This document shows positions 52,081 to 64,000 of a stretch of DNA of 64,000 bases, one piece after another. Source of the stretch: Eledone cirrhosa (lineage: Eukaryota); assembly GCA_964016885.1 (NCBI GenBank), contig OZ024745.1, positions 66,030,001 through 66,094,000 of the forward strand. The letters are read 5' to 3'. A model generated the notes under the pieces. It was not told the origin of the DNA and ran no database searches. It worked only from the letters and a program-made list of their open reading frames with translations. Within the stretch, counting starts at the first letter, position 1; each line of letters opens with the position of its first letter. The position numbers and the translations under genes were made by a program.

Positions 52081-53099
52081 GTATATATATATTGGTAAAG
52101 ACTTGACAGTTTTAGAGGTGGCCATTATTCACCTCATCATAATTACATCACTAGGTTGTGGAATGTTTTAAAAAGTTATCAGTGTCACCCAATGCTTCAT
52201 CTCCATTAGTAGCTTACCACTCTTTGGTCTGGGGTTACTTATTTATCCAGCAGGAGCCCATTTATTTTGCAACTAACCATCATTTTTGTTAACTATATTA
52301 CTTATATATAATGCTTCTCTCTACTGAGTGCATTTTATTATGACACCAACACAAGGAAATTATTTCTTTGACACAACTGAAGGGGCTCCTAGCCCTTTAT
52401 TTAGTAGGTCTTCTGAAGCAGGGTTCCATTCCTCTCACAAACCACTTTTCACTGTGTACTGGGTGTGGTTATTATGTAGATCATCTATACTAGAGAGTTT
52501 TTGGTGACTTTGATACAACTGAAGTGTCCTCTCAACAATTTGTTTGGTATGTTTTCTATTCCTGGATGTCCTTCCTATCACCAACCACATTAGAGCATAT
52601 ACCAGGTGTATTTATCTTGTAGATCACCATGACTAGAAAGGTTGTTCTGCTGTTGACACAACTGAAGTGTCATCTTGACCACGTTTTGGCATGGTTTCTA
52701 CAGTGTAATGCCCAACCTGTCACCAAGCATTTTATATGATGCATTGGGTGCCCTTTTTTTGTTGTCAACACTAGAGAGGTTCTGGATCATTCAGTCAACT
52801 GGAGAACCTTCACTACTTTACAGTAGTGAGAGATGAGAATGATGCCACTGGTGTGTGACAAGTGTAGAGGGGTAGTGGAATTTTATAGGGTAATGAATAT
52901 GAGGAGGAGGGGTGACTTCCAATAGCCTGTTGAGTACTCTAATTATAACAGCTAATAAAGATTATGGCTGGTGGGGTGGTATATGGTCCTAGATTCAGTA
53001 GGGTGAGTGTACAGTGATGCTGAGAATAGGTATGTGGACTTGAGGTGCACACGGATAGATTAGGTCACATTTCCTGCTCATAGGTAGAGTACAGCATTC

Positions 53100-53785
53100 A
53101 CCAGTACAATACGTTGCCAATCCTTACAGTCCTTTGTCATCTCCATCTTTAGCTTCTGTTTCTTAAGATAGGTCTTCACTACTTCATCCCATGTCATCTT
53201 GTGTTTGCCTCTTCCATGAGGCCACTGAGTTTATTTGTCCATACCAATGCTGTCTTTCACACAACACCTAATTCCTCTTATACCAATGTTTTCTCTTAGC
53301 TCACTTAAGCTACATCATTCATGCATTTTGACACTATACATCCATCAGAGCGTACACGCTTCATTTCTTTTCAGGCTCTGCTGGTCTTGTGCATTCAAGG
53401 CTAATGCAGATTACATGTGGGCATCATACAGTCTACCCTTCACTTAAGACAAAGCCCCTTTGCAGCTATCAATGATAACAACAGCCTGTTTATCTATAAC
53501 TATTTTGACACACATACTTCTATTACTAATGAGATCTCCTTAATAACAAAGCTTTCTAGTACCTCTAAATGAATATTCTGAACATCTGAGAGAGTGCATC
53601 TCCTGTGTACCCTTACTGTTGCCTACTTCTGTACATCTAGTCCTTTCATTGTTTTTGGTTATGAGAGTTAGGTCATCAACATATAGGAGCTCTCATAGAC
53701 AGCCAGTCTTAAATTCCTCTGTTGGCCTGGAAGACTATAATAAACAAGGAGGCACTGAAGACTGAGCTTATTGGACCCCTATTTA
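53100..53785 (-). mobile_element. Decayed RTE-clade LINE fragment
   Basis: Minus strand SVLSASLFI, ELLYVDDL, KGRLYDA and TWDEVVKT motifs. Confidence 0.75.
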
Positions 53786-55806
53786 TACACAACAATCCAT
53801 TGCTAGCCTTTCGCCTAAATTAGAAATCAAAACATAAAACATCTCCTTAAATAAGAAAACTAATAGAAAGATTCTATATAAGGAATAGTAACAATATGTT
53901 ATAGAGTTAACACATTACCTATAATCCAAATTTCAAAATAGAATTATGTTTATCATTTCAATAGACTTGGTATTATTCATTATATATCTTTAAATATTGA
54001 TTACCCCATTCACTGTTATGGAGTAATCCACAATAAGAACAAATTGTTATGTCAATTTCATCCAAAATGCCACAGCTATCATGAAACAAATTCTCGGAGC
54101 CATTGAATAACCTTATATGGTTAATACAATTCGAAGTGTTAGTAGTTCTTCACTAAATGGAGTAGGAAAGTGTGATAAATTATAATTTATCACACTTTCC
54201 TATAATTATAGGAAAACATCTGCTACAAAATGAATACTGTTCAGATTAAATTCATTGTAAATGTTTCCTTAATTTTGAAGTCCTCACCGTTTAATGTCCA
54301 TTTTCCTTGCTAGAAATGGTAGGATATTCCAAGTCATTATTCAAGCAGAGTTACTGACTCTCAGGTGGGTAGGAGGCTAGAATCTCACTTACATACATTT
54401 CAACACAGAAACTCTACAAAATATTGAAATTGTTAGAAATATAAACTAAAGTTTCTATAGCTCACACTGAACTTTCTTGAAAAAGAAAAGAACATATTAA
54501 ATAATCTAATTCTTAAATGTTCAATAAAAGATAGGATGGTCATGAATGAAATGACTATGACTATATATGTGCTCTATCGTGGTTGACTAGGCTAAGTAAC
54601 AAAAGCAAATTTTCACAGTTGCAATGAAACACAGTTATATTCATCTTTGATTTTCATAGTTTTCAAATCTTAAATTAATATTAAATGTATTAAAGAAAAG
54701 TTTTAGTTACTTTAATTCTGTTTCCATAAGTCTATACAGGATATGTTATAAATGCTTGTTGTTAGTGTTAATGCACAAACCTTTAGAGAATTAAGAATAT
54801 CTCGAGAGAAAACATACATAATTTAAATCTATGATGGAAATAGGAATTGAACTTACAAGCTTATAGACCATACTCAACAATTTATACACATATTCATTGA
54901 ACTTCAAATAGCAGATATTAAACAATTGTGTTTGATATAATAAACTACAAGTATCAACTAAATCTAAACTTACATTATTTGATTTCTCATAAGAATTACA
55001 ATTGCCTAGACAAATATTAGGAAAGATTTTATTTAATCAACCAGCAAAATATTGGCTACATTCCACTGAGTTACCTGAACATAAGTGAAATATTATTTGG
55101 AATGTATATTATCCAATGAAAATAAAAACTAATCTATTGGTGTGAAATAATGCTGACATAAAAATGAGACAAGATGTGTTCAATTATTACAGAAGTTACC
55201 AATTCAAAGAACATAATAACATAAAAACAACTAAAACTCAATTTCTTAGAGGTACTTTTCCTTACCTACTATTTTCATATTTCTATTACTTACTTCTATT
55301 AAATATTAATGAAGTTTGATTGTAAAATTTAGCAGTAACAACATTTTTATTCACACTATAACAACAGATCAAAACAGTAAAATTAATATGCTTAATTCAC
55401 AAGACTACATAAACAGAATCTTGCTGGAATAATGCTTGGGTTTGTTGCCAATGTTTTAGAGGCACGTGAGAGATTAGATCTGTAATCTACAGCGTTATAT
55501 TTTGCTGTGGCAGTAACAATGAAGTGAGAACCTAGCATATTATTGGTTTCATTTTTGCATGGACAAAAACTGCAATATGTATGTCACATATGATTTTATA
55601 AGCAATTCCTTTTTCTACTTTATATAGAAGAGATACAAGCAACATTTACATTATTCTTCATAGATACAATATACATATGTTGTATATTACTACTGCAGTT
55701 CCAATATTGTCAGCAGTATCATGCAGGGTATTTAATTGCATATTATATTTATTTTATTAACCACAGGTAATCAAATTATTTCTTATTATATTTCTCATAG
55801 TCCAAG

Positions 55807-55990
55807 GGCGGTGGATTGGCAGTATCGGTAGAGGGTCGGATGCCATGCTTTCCTGCATAGTTACGTCCCATTACGATCTGAGTTCAAATCCCGCCAAGGT
55901 TGACTTTGCCTTTCATCCTTACAGGGTCGATAAAATAAATTACCAGTAATGCACTGGGTAATTGCTAGCCTTGTGCCTAAAGTAGAAACA
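55807..55990 (+). mobile_element. Full-length tRNA-derived SINE with 22-bp TSD
   Basis: TSD attatatttctcatagtccaag at 55785-55806 and 55991-56012; tggcagtatcgg A-box and gagttcaaatcc B-box. Confidence 0.9.
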
Positions 55991-56034
55991 ATTATATTTC
56001 TCATAGTCCAAGAGTAAAATATTAACCCTATGAA

Positions 56035-56570
56035 TGATCATCATCATCGTCATGATTATCACCATTTTATGTCCGTTCTTCCACTCTAGTATGGGTTAGA
56101 CGGTTGTCCTATTATGGGCAATGCCAGGTTGGGTGACTACATCTTGCTCATACGGGAACTGATTTTGGCTTGATTTCTACAGCTGAATGCCCTTCCTAAC
56201 ACCAACCTCATTTACAGTGAGTACTGGGTGCTTTTTACTGTGGCGCTTACACCACCACTTTACAGTGAGTACTGGGTGCTTTTTACTGTGGCACCTACAC
56301 CACTACTTTACAGTGAGTACTGGGTGCTTTTTACTGTGGCGCCTACACCACCGCTTTACAGTGAGTACTGGGTGCTTTTTACTGTGGCACCTACACCACC
56401 ACTTCACAGTGTGGACTGGGTGCTTTTTTGTCATGACAGCTCCATGACCACTTTGCAGTGGGAGGGGGTGGGAGCATATTCTCTATATGCTTCAGCTTCG
56501 GCTTGTACCCATGGGAGTCAGGTCTTCTGTATTACTGCATAATGCCAGAGGTCTCGGTCCTGTGTCATCA
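56035..56570 (-). mobile_element. SINE/RTE-tail element with an internal 48-bp tandem repeat (~4.5 copies, 56211-56430)
   Basis: Unit tttacagtgagtactgggtgctttttactgtggcrcctacaccaccac; (CAT)n end at 56035. Confidence 0.75.
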
Positions 56571-57046
56571 CCTTTGAGAGGTGCGATTGGGCAAGGTAGT
56601 AACTTGTGATAAATTAAACTAGTATTATGCTACTTTTACTTATACAATATTACTGCTAAACAAATGGTTGTGGCGCTCTTTTTGTTGTGTGAAGGACATG
56701 ACAATCTTCCTAGAGCTGGTGATCTACAGGATAAAAACATCCACTAAATGCTGTAAAGTGGTTGGTGTAGGAAGGGCATCCAGTCATAGGAAGCTTGCCA
56801 AACAAGGGGATGGGAGGACCCTTCAGTTTGCATCAAAAGACAGGACAACTTCTCCTGTACACTCGATAGAACGTTTGAAAGTATGTGAGTGAGATGAAAA
56901 CCCCCAGCCTGTATGGGAGGTCAGTAGCTCCATTTCAGTACTTACTTAAGACCCAAGCAAACATTTACTAGTAGGAAAAGTCGATGTTAAATGATACTAT
57001 ACTGATACTATACTATACTATACTGACTTTAACCTTTATTAATAAT

Positions 57047-57231
57047 TGTTTCTACTTTAAGCACAAGGCCAGCAATTAGCCAGTGCATTACTGGTACTTT
57101 ATTTTATCGACCCCATAAGGATGAAAGGCAAAGTTAACCTCGGCGGGATTTGAACTCAGAATGGCAAGGACTGTAACTCTATGCGTCAAAGCATGGCGTC
57201 CGACCCTCTACCGATACTGCCAATCCACCGC
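57047..57231 (-). mobile_element. Full-length SINE with 14-bp TSD
   Basis: TSD cctttattaataat at 57033-57046 and 57232-57245. Confidence 0.9.
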
Positions 57232-57279
57232 CCTTTATTAATAATAGAGAGTTTACAATCAATTTGATACTCCAAACGT

Positions 57280-57600
57280 TACTCTGTAGCAGTTTTGATC
57301 TGTAAAACAAATTGTTTCTCAGTTTCATCTTTTGTGAGAATGTTATTGTAATCCTGAATGAGTTTGACACCTCTTTCTGCAACATCATTCACAACAACTG
57401 TCTCCTCAAGTTTTTCAAGTCCACTTTTGTAACCAGGATCATCCTTCTATGTTGAAGGGTCGTTGTCGAGGAAATCGGTGCTGATAGAAAATCTTGTGAA
57501 GAAAGTTTTGTACCAGGAGTTACAAAAGATGAAAACTCAATGCTTGTAAAGGAAGAAAAGTCATTTTGGTGCAGTTGATTTTTTCACCTTTGTCTGCCTC
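57280..57600 (-). pseudogene. C-terminal relic of a DNA transposase (hAT-related NDxAER type)
   Basis: FLDNDPST*KDDPGYKSGLEKLEETVVVNDVAERGVKLIQDYNNILTKDETEKQFVLQ. Confidence 0.65.
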
Positions 57601-57616
57601 CAGCATAAATTGAGCA

Positions 57617-58380
57617 TGCTCTCTTTGCTCTCCTTGCTCTCCCTTTCTCCTTGCTCTCCTTTTCTCCTTGCTCTCCTTGCACTTCTTTATCCTTGCTCTC
57701 CTTGCTCTTCTTTTATCCTTGCTCTTCTTTTATCCTTGCTCTTCTTTTATCCTTGCCCTCCTTGCTCTCCTTTTATCCTCCCTCTCCCCGCTCTCCCTTT
57801 CTCATTGCTCTCCTTGCTCTCCGTTTCTCATTGCTCTCCTTTCTCTCTTTGCTCTCCTTTTCTCCTTGCTCTCCTTTTCTCCTTGCTTTCCTTGCTCTCC
57901 TTGCTCTCCTTGCTCCCCTTGCTCTCTTTTTCTCATTACTCTTCTTGCTCTCCTTGCTCTCCTTTTATCCTCCATCTCCCTTCTCTCCCTTTCTCATTGC
58001 TCTCCTTGCTCTTCTCTTCTCATTTCCCTCCTTGCTCTCCTTGCTCTCCTTTCTCTCCCTTTCTCCTTCCTCTCCTTGCTCTCTTCTGCACATTGCTCTC
58101 CTTGCTCCCCCTTTCTCATTGCTCTCCTTGATCTCCTTGCTCTCCTTTTCACCTTGCTCCCCTTGTTCTCCTTGCTCTTCTTTTATCCTTGCCCTCCTTG
58201 CTCTCCTTTTATCCTCCCTCTCCCTGCTCTCCCTTTCTCATTGCTCTCCTTGCTCTCCTTTTCTCATTGCTCTCTTTTCTCTCTTTGCTCTCCTTTTCTC
58301 CTTGCTCTCCTTTTCTCCTTGCTCTCCTTGCTCTCCTTGCTCTCCTTGCCACCCTTTTCTCCTTGCTCTCCTTTTATCCC
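57617..58380. repeat. Pyrimidine-rich minisatellite based on CTCCTTGCT
   Basis: Visible directly, with higher-order block duplications. Confidence 0.95.
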
Positions 58381-59589
58381 ATGTTATCATGTTGGGTCAC
58401 ATTAATAGGTATGTTGAGCAACACTATGCTTGTTACTGTAGCATACTTGATGATGGTGTATATTATATGAGGAATAATGAATTAGGTATGGAAAGATGTG
58501 GTGAAAATTAATCTCAGATTGGTGAACTTCACTGAGATGATGTGTAATGGCAACAGTGGAAAGAAGTTTTTCTGGAGAAGAGTTGCCTAACCTATCAAAG
58601 CATGAACATTGGTGGTGATTGTGATTAATGATGGTAATGATGATGAGGATCTTTTCACTTTTGAATAACTGTTTACAGAATCATTTTTTTTTTTTTTTAC
58701 TTATAAAAGGTTTTCATAAATTTTCAGTTTTGATGTCAATGAGTGCAGCCTGCAAGAAATAACAGCCAAATCTTGTCCTCTTCCCAAACTACTGTCTTAC
58801 AGTAAGACATATTGAAAAATGTACTCTTAGATACACTATTCCTGAAAAAAAATTGGATAGTTATGGCTTGAATTCCTTAAACTATGTTTGTGTAATATAA
58901 AACTGAAACCACAATGAATAACTTTATTCAGAATTGTGAAATGTATGGAGATGTGATTTTTGACACATTTAAGTTATCCTAATTCAATATAGTTCTCTGA
59001 AATAAAAGACTACCTTGTTGACAAAGTTGTCGTCGTTTGTTGTGGCTTAGCCCTGTGTCATCCTTATTTTAACAGACCTATAATCAAATGTATTCCAATC
59101 ATGACAATCCCAAACATTTCTACATTGACCAATGAATTATTTCTTCTTTAATCTGGAGGACGGTGATCTGAGAAATGTGATCTGAGGAAGGTTTGGCTAC
59201 AATTTCTGAGAAACTCCTCATAGAGACTGTCTTGTTAGCTATTAAATCTACTGATATTTATTCGAAGTTTCTTTCTTCTTCTTTCCTCTACTGATATAAA
59301 AAAATAAAATGAATTGAAATTCACTTAACATTGGCAAATTATGTTTGGGGAAAATGTTCTGCAAATTTTCAAATATTGATCAATGTACACAACTAATTAT
59401 CATGTAACAGCAGCTGCAAATTTGAATACCGGTCTCAAGACCTAATTGTAGTAAATTAATATGTGTGTATTTCGTTTATGTGAAAATTAAAACCAGCAAT
59501 TAAATATATACAAAAGTAAGGTATGTATGAAACTCACACACTTATATATACATAAACCACGAAAGGAGAAATAATATATATATATATGA

Positions 59590-61045
59590 GCTAGTCAGAT
59601 GCATATTTAATCAAGTAGTACAGGATGGTGCCATATCCAATGACTGGCACAAGAGTGTCATTATAAATTGCTACCACGGCAAAAGGGATGCACTAAAATG
59701 AAGTAACTATAGAGTCATCAAGTTAATGGACCAGGTCATGAAAATTTATGACAGGCACAGAATCAAATTAGATAAGATGCAGCTTGGATTTATGCCAGGT
59801 GGTGGTAATACTGAAGCCCACTTTCTCGTGACGCAACTACAAGACAAGTATTTAGCTAAGAGTAAGACATTGTATCCAGCATTTGTAGCTCTAAAGAAAA
59901 CCTTTGACAGGGTGCCACACTCTATAATCTAGTGGGCACTTAGGAAACTATGTGTAGATAAGTTGCTTGTGAGGGCCATGCAGGCTACGTATAGAGGTGC
60001 AACCTGCAGGCTGATGAGAGTTGGCAATAAGTACAGAGATGAATTTTAAGTCTAGATGAGTGTTCACCAGGAATCAGTTTTCAGCCACTTCTATTTATCA
60101 TTGTACTTCAGAATATCACTGAGGATTTTAAAACTTGTGCTCCATGGGAGCTCCTTTATGCTGACAACCTATTCTTCATAGCTGAGTCTGTAGGGAATTT
60201 AGAAGCAAATTTTTAAGCATGGAAGAAGAACCTAGAGCTGAAAGACCTAAGAGTAAATTTAGCAAAGACGAATGTCTTCATAAGTAGGAAAGAAGACAGG
60301 AAGATTATGCCATGAGGAAATTGGCCTTGTTCAATATGTCAACAAATGACCAGAAATCCCAGTGCACACAATGTAAATTATAGATGCACTAGAGATGTAG
60401 TGGGATTGCAGGTAGACAAACAGAAAAGATATACTTTACATGTGGCAGATGTACAGAGAAAGTAAGCACAAAGAGCATATATAAAATAGATTTCCTCGGG
60501 TGCCAGTGTAGCTCTTAAGATATTGTTGACAGATTTCACTACCTAGTAATCAAATTAGTAGTGGGAGAGGATGCAGTGAGATTATTATAGCTAGGAAAAG
60601 AACAGACTAGAAGTTCAGAGATCTATTACCACTGCTAACGACAAAATGCTTTTCTCTCAGAATGATGAGTAGACTGTATGATGCATGTGTGCAAACTGCA
60701 ATGCTACATAGCACTTGACTGCAGAAGACGTGCAAAGACTAGAAAGAAATGAGTCAAGTATTCTCCAATGGATGTGTGATGTTAATGTCCATTAGCAACA
60801 AAGCATAAACAAACTGAGGGAAAAACTTGGCATAAGAGCAATTGGATGTAGTGTGCAAGAGAGATGACTGTGTTGGTATGGACATGTGATGCACATGGGA
60901 GAACCAAGTGGCTGGGACCCAACAAAGAAGTGGATCCAGGAAAACATGGGATGAGGTCGTGAAGGCTGACCTTAAAAAGATAAACCTTACAACAGAAATG
61001 TCTAACGACCATGAGGGTTGGTGGTATGCAGTGCTGAGGAAGAGC
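59590..61045 (+). mobile_element. Decayed RTE-clade LINE
   Basis: MQLGFMPGG, KKTFDRVP, HQESVFSH, PWELLYAD and RKTWDEVVKADL motifs. Confidence 0.9.
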
Positions 61046-64000
61046 CAACCCTCCCCACTCCCACTAGCACTCCCTAAACGTTCTCAACATCATTACTCCA
61101 CCATCCCCCACACACATTTCTTGTGATAGAGAAGTCATTCAGCCATGAAGGGCTTGCCAGACAAAGGGGCGGAAGGACATTTCAGTAGTGTTAAGGACAT
61201 GATAGCCTCCTATTGTTGGTGATCTACACAGGAAACACACCCAGTACATGCTGTAAATTAGTTGGTGATAGGAAGGACATCCATCCATAAAAAGCTTGCC
61301 AGACAAAGAGGTGTGAGGCCCCTTTTGCTGTGTGAAGTATATGACAACCTCCTAAATGTTGGTGATTTACACAATAAACATTCCCAGTACGTTGTTAGGA
61401 GAAAAAATTTGATGTAAAACCTGTGACTTAATGCCAGCTAATGATGTTAATCTGTTCTTCATTTTGGATACCTGTCACCATTGTTCAGAGAGTGGTATTG
61501 GTTCAGTGTATGGCCTTTATTCACTTAAAAAAGCTTCAAACACATGCATCACTTGATCTAAACCACGTTTACGCATGTTGTGTGAACATAGTCTTCTCTT
61601 CTGTTTTCACTACAGCATATGCAGAAAGTAATCTAAGTCCTTGGCTGGGCTAAAAAGTCATGTTCATGCCAATCATGAGTAAGAAAAAGGTCAAGGAATG
61701 GCACTACTCCAAACCAAGAAGCAGCCATTATGTATGTATGTATCATGTATGTATGTGAAGGAGAGTATATGCCTATATGCATGCATATATGTAGGATTAT
61801 GTGTGTTTACAAAACACTTGTCAATGCTACAGCACATATACTTGCATGCGCAAGTATATTTATATACTGGCACAGTATAATGTGCTTATAGTGTTATGTA
61901 TCATGTACAAACATTCATCTGTCAAAACTAGAAACATTATTTCTCTTTAAATCATTGATTTTTACCAACATTGGCAGTAATTGATATAACTTGAGAAATT
62001 AATTTCTTACTTTCAACAACCTTAACAGAATGTGATAATTATAAAATGATAATGTAGTTGAAACTATTATCTTGATAATAATGTTGGAATTTGTTTCATA
62101 TTTCAATTAGAAACACAAATAAAATAAAACTGTAAAGGATCTAAGTGTAGGAAAATTTCATTATTATTTTGAAATAAATAGGAACTTATTGTTAATTCCT
62201 TTTAAATTGTTTTTAACAGAAATTTCCTTTCATCTTCAAAGTCAATTGCTTCATTTATTTGTTAGAGCTATCTATGCATACATATACATTTTGCTAATTA
62301 TATATCAGTTGGCAAATTAAGTTGTGGTAAATTAAGAGATACAACAGTGCTGAACTAAATACTTTATATACTTTTATATTCCTGTATGTTCTTAGTTCAA
62401 AGCCTACCAGGGCTGAAGTTCATTTAAATGACTGTATCTCTGTTTGCATCATTTTCCATTGTGCTTAAATAAAAAGTAAATAATTATTCATCAGTTATGA
62501 AGATATTGGAAAAGGAAAAAAATGACCAACTAAATATATTTCAGTATTTATTTTTATCTCTCTGCATGCTGAGATCTTATCCTCTCAGGAGTAACTCTGA
62601 CTTCCAAGTAACCTCTGAAGTAAAAAACTGCTTACCAATAATATACTAGTATTATTTATAGATATTTAAGACTTTATTCTATTTATGCAACTTTCTCCAT
62701 GTTACAATGGACAGGATTCATTGCCCTGGAAATAATGGTCATTCTATTACTAACTAATTATTCAGGAGAAAGGAATATAAACCATTTTCAATGAAGGAGA
62801 TAGAAAAAGTTAGTGAATTTCCCATCAAAACTTACTGCAAAATGGTTATCATTTGTTGAAAGTATTTTCTACTAGTTCTTTGAACTAAACATCTACCTTT
62901 ATTGCTCTTTTAATCTGATCAACTTCCAGCATCTTAAATCTCTGAAGTTGTTATTTAGCCCTATGTCAAACGTGGTTAATCATAATTGTCATCAAAAACA
63001 TTTCAAAGGTGACCATTCCAAATTATAAGGGATATATAGGTCTAATTTATACATAGTATCCTTTTTTTTAAATTTAAGCTACTGTAGTATGATTTGAATG
63101 AAGATGTGCATGTTATCTCTTATAGATCAATTGATCACCTAGAAGCCTCTTGTTAGCTTGAACTATTTGATATCATATTGTATGTAGACAAAAAATGAAT
63201 ATGATTCCTAGTGACTCTTCCACATGACTCATACCAATACTGCTGGCATAAAAGTCAAAACTGTTACCAGGTATCTACATTGCTAAATCCAACCTCTAAT
63301 TATATGCCAAAATCTCTATGTTATTACCATCAGTAATTAATATCAGCTTACTCTCATATTTCATTTCATATTCATATACTACACAGCAACTACTGTTATA
63401 TATATCCTATTCTAGTGCAAAATATCTAATTAATTTTTACTCTTATCTGGTAGTTATATCAAGCAACAAATTTGCCACCACCTCATCATCTCCACAATAC
63501 ACACAACCTGTCCATAATAGCTAGGTGAGAAATAAAGACACTCCTTATAGATATGTACCTCCACATTATTTGCAAATCCAAAATTCACAATCCAGAAATT
63601 CTAGATTGGATCAGAGGCAACTGCAGTAAGACCAACAAAAGATATCCCTTGAAGGTATGTCATTGCCATCGATTTTGAGACTTAAACGGGGAAAAAAAAC
63701 TACTGGAATAAAATAATCATGTGTGTAATGGATACGTTTTTTTATGTTACACAAAGTGCAAGTCTTTCATTTAACCCCAGTTTAGCTGGCTTTTCTGGTT
63801 TCTCATCAAATGGATCTCAACCAAGTTGTAATGTCTCATACCCAATATTTCTTAATGCAGATAACTGTTAGAAATACATCTACTATGAAGATGTTTCATA
63901 TGTAACTTGTGGTTTCTCATATTTGAATACTTTAGCAATATCATTGTCATTGATAAACCTTTAACTGTATATCATTTGAGGAGAATTTCCTGGTTAACTT

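Noticed and set aside
56211-56430. CRISPR-like regular repeats
   Set aside because: Head-to-tail 48-bp units with no unique spacers, no cas genes, and a eukaryotic context.
57610-58511. Long Leu/Ser-rich ORFs resembling membrane proteins
   Set aside because: Stop-free frames produced by the pyrimidine minisatellite; open in all three frames.
63540-64000. Possible piggyBac fragment on the minus strand (KPEKPAKLGL)
   Set aside because: A single weak motif at the window edge.

Overview
AT-rich, microsatellite-dense animal genomic DNA. The repeat spectrum ((TA)n, (CA)n and (TACA)n tracts, tRNA-derived SINEs, RTE LINEs with (GAT)n tails, many Penelope-like elements) suggests a cephalopod such as octopus; this is an inference. 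I could not support any intact host protein-coding gene, and most listed ORFs are translations of microsatellites. The window is mostly mobile-element debris: several Penelope-like element (PLE) fragments with RT and GIY-YIG motifs and inverted pLTRs, five RTE-clade LINE copies, CR1-like remnants, SINEs, a Tc1/mariner-type MITE, Helitron-like non-autonomous elements and DNA-transposase relics. The main signal is a dense set of self-cleaving ribozyme motifs. A near-identical 591-bp tandem and inverted array (15531-19040) carries one type I hammerhead per unit, with a non-canonical compensatory core (U3-A8, UUGAUAA), a palindromic stem III and an extended stem II. A second ~425-bp tandem array (38241-39300) has canonical hammerheads. 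Both look like non-coding retrozyme-like elements sitting among the PLEs that could mobilise them. Further hammerhead motifs lie in pLTR-like repeats. All ribozyme calls come from manual base-pairing and have not been tested.
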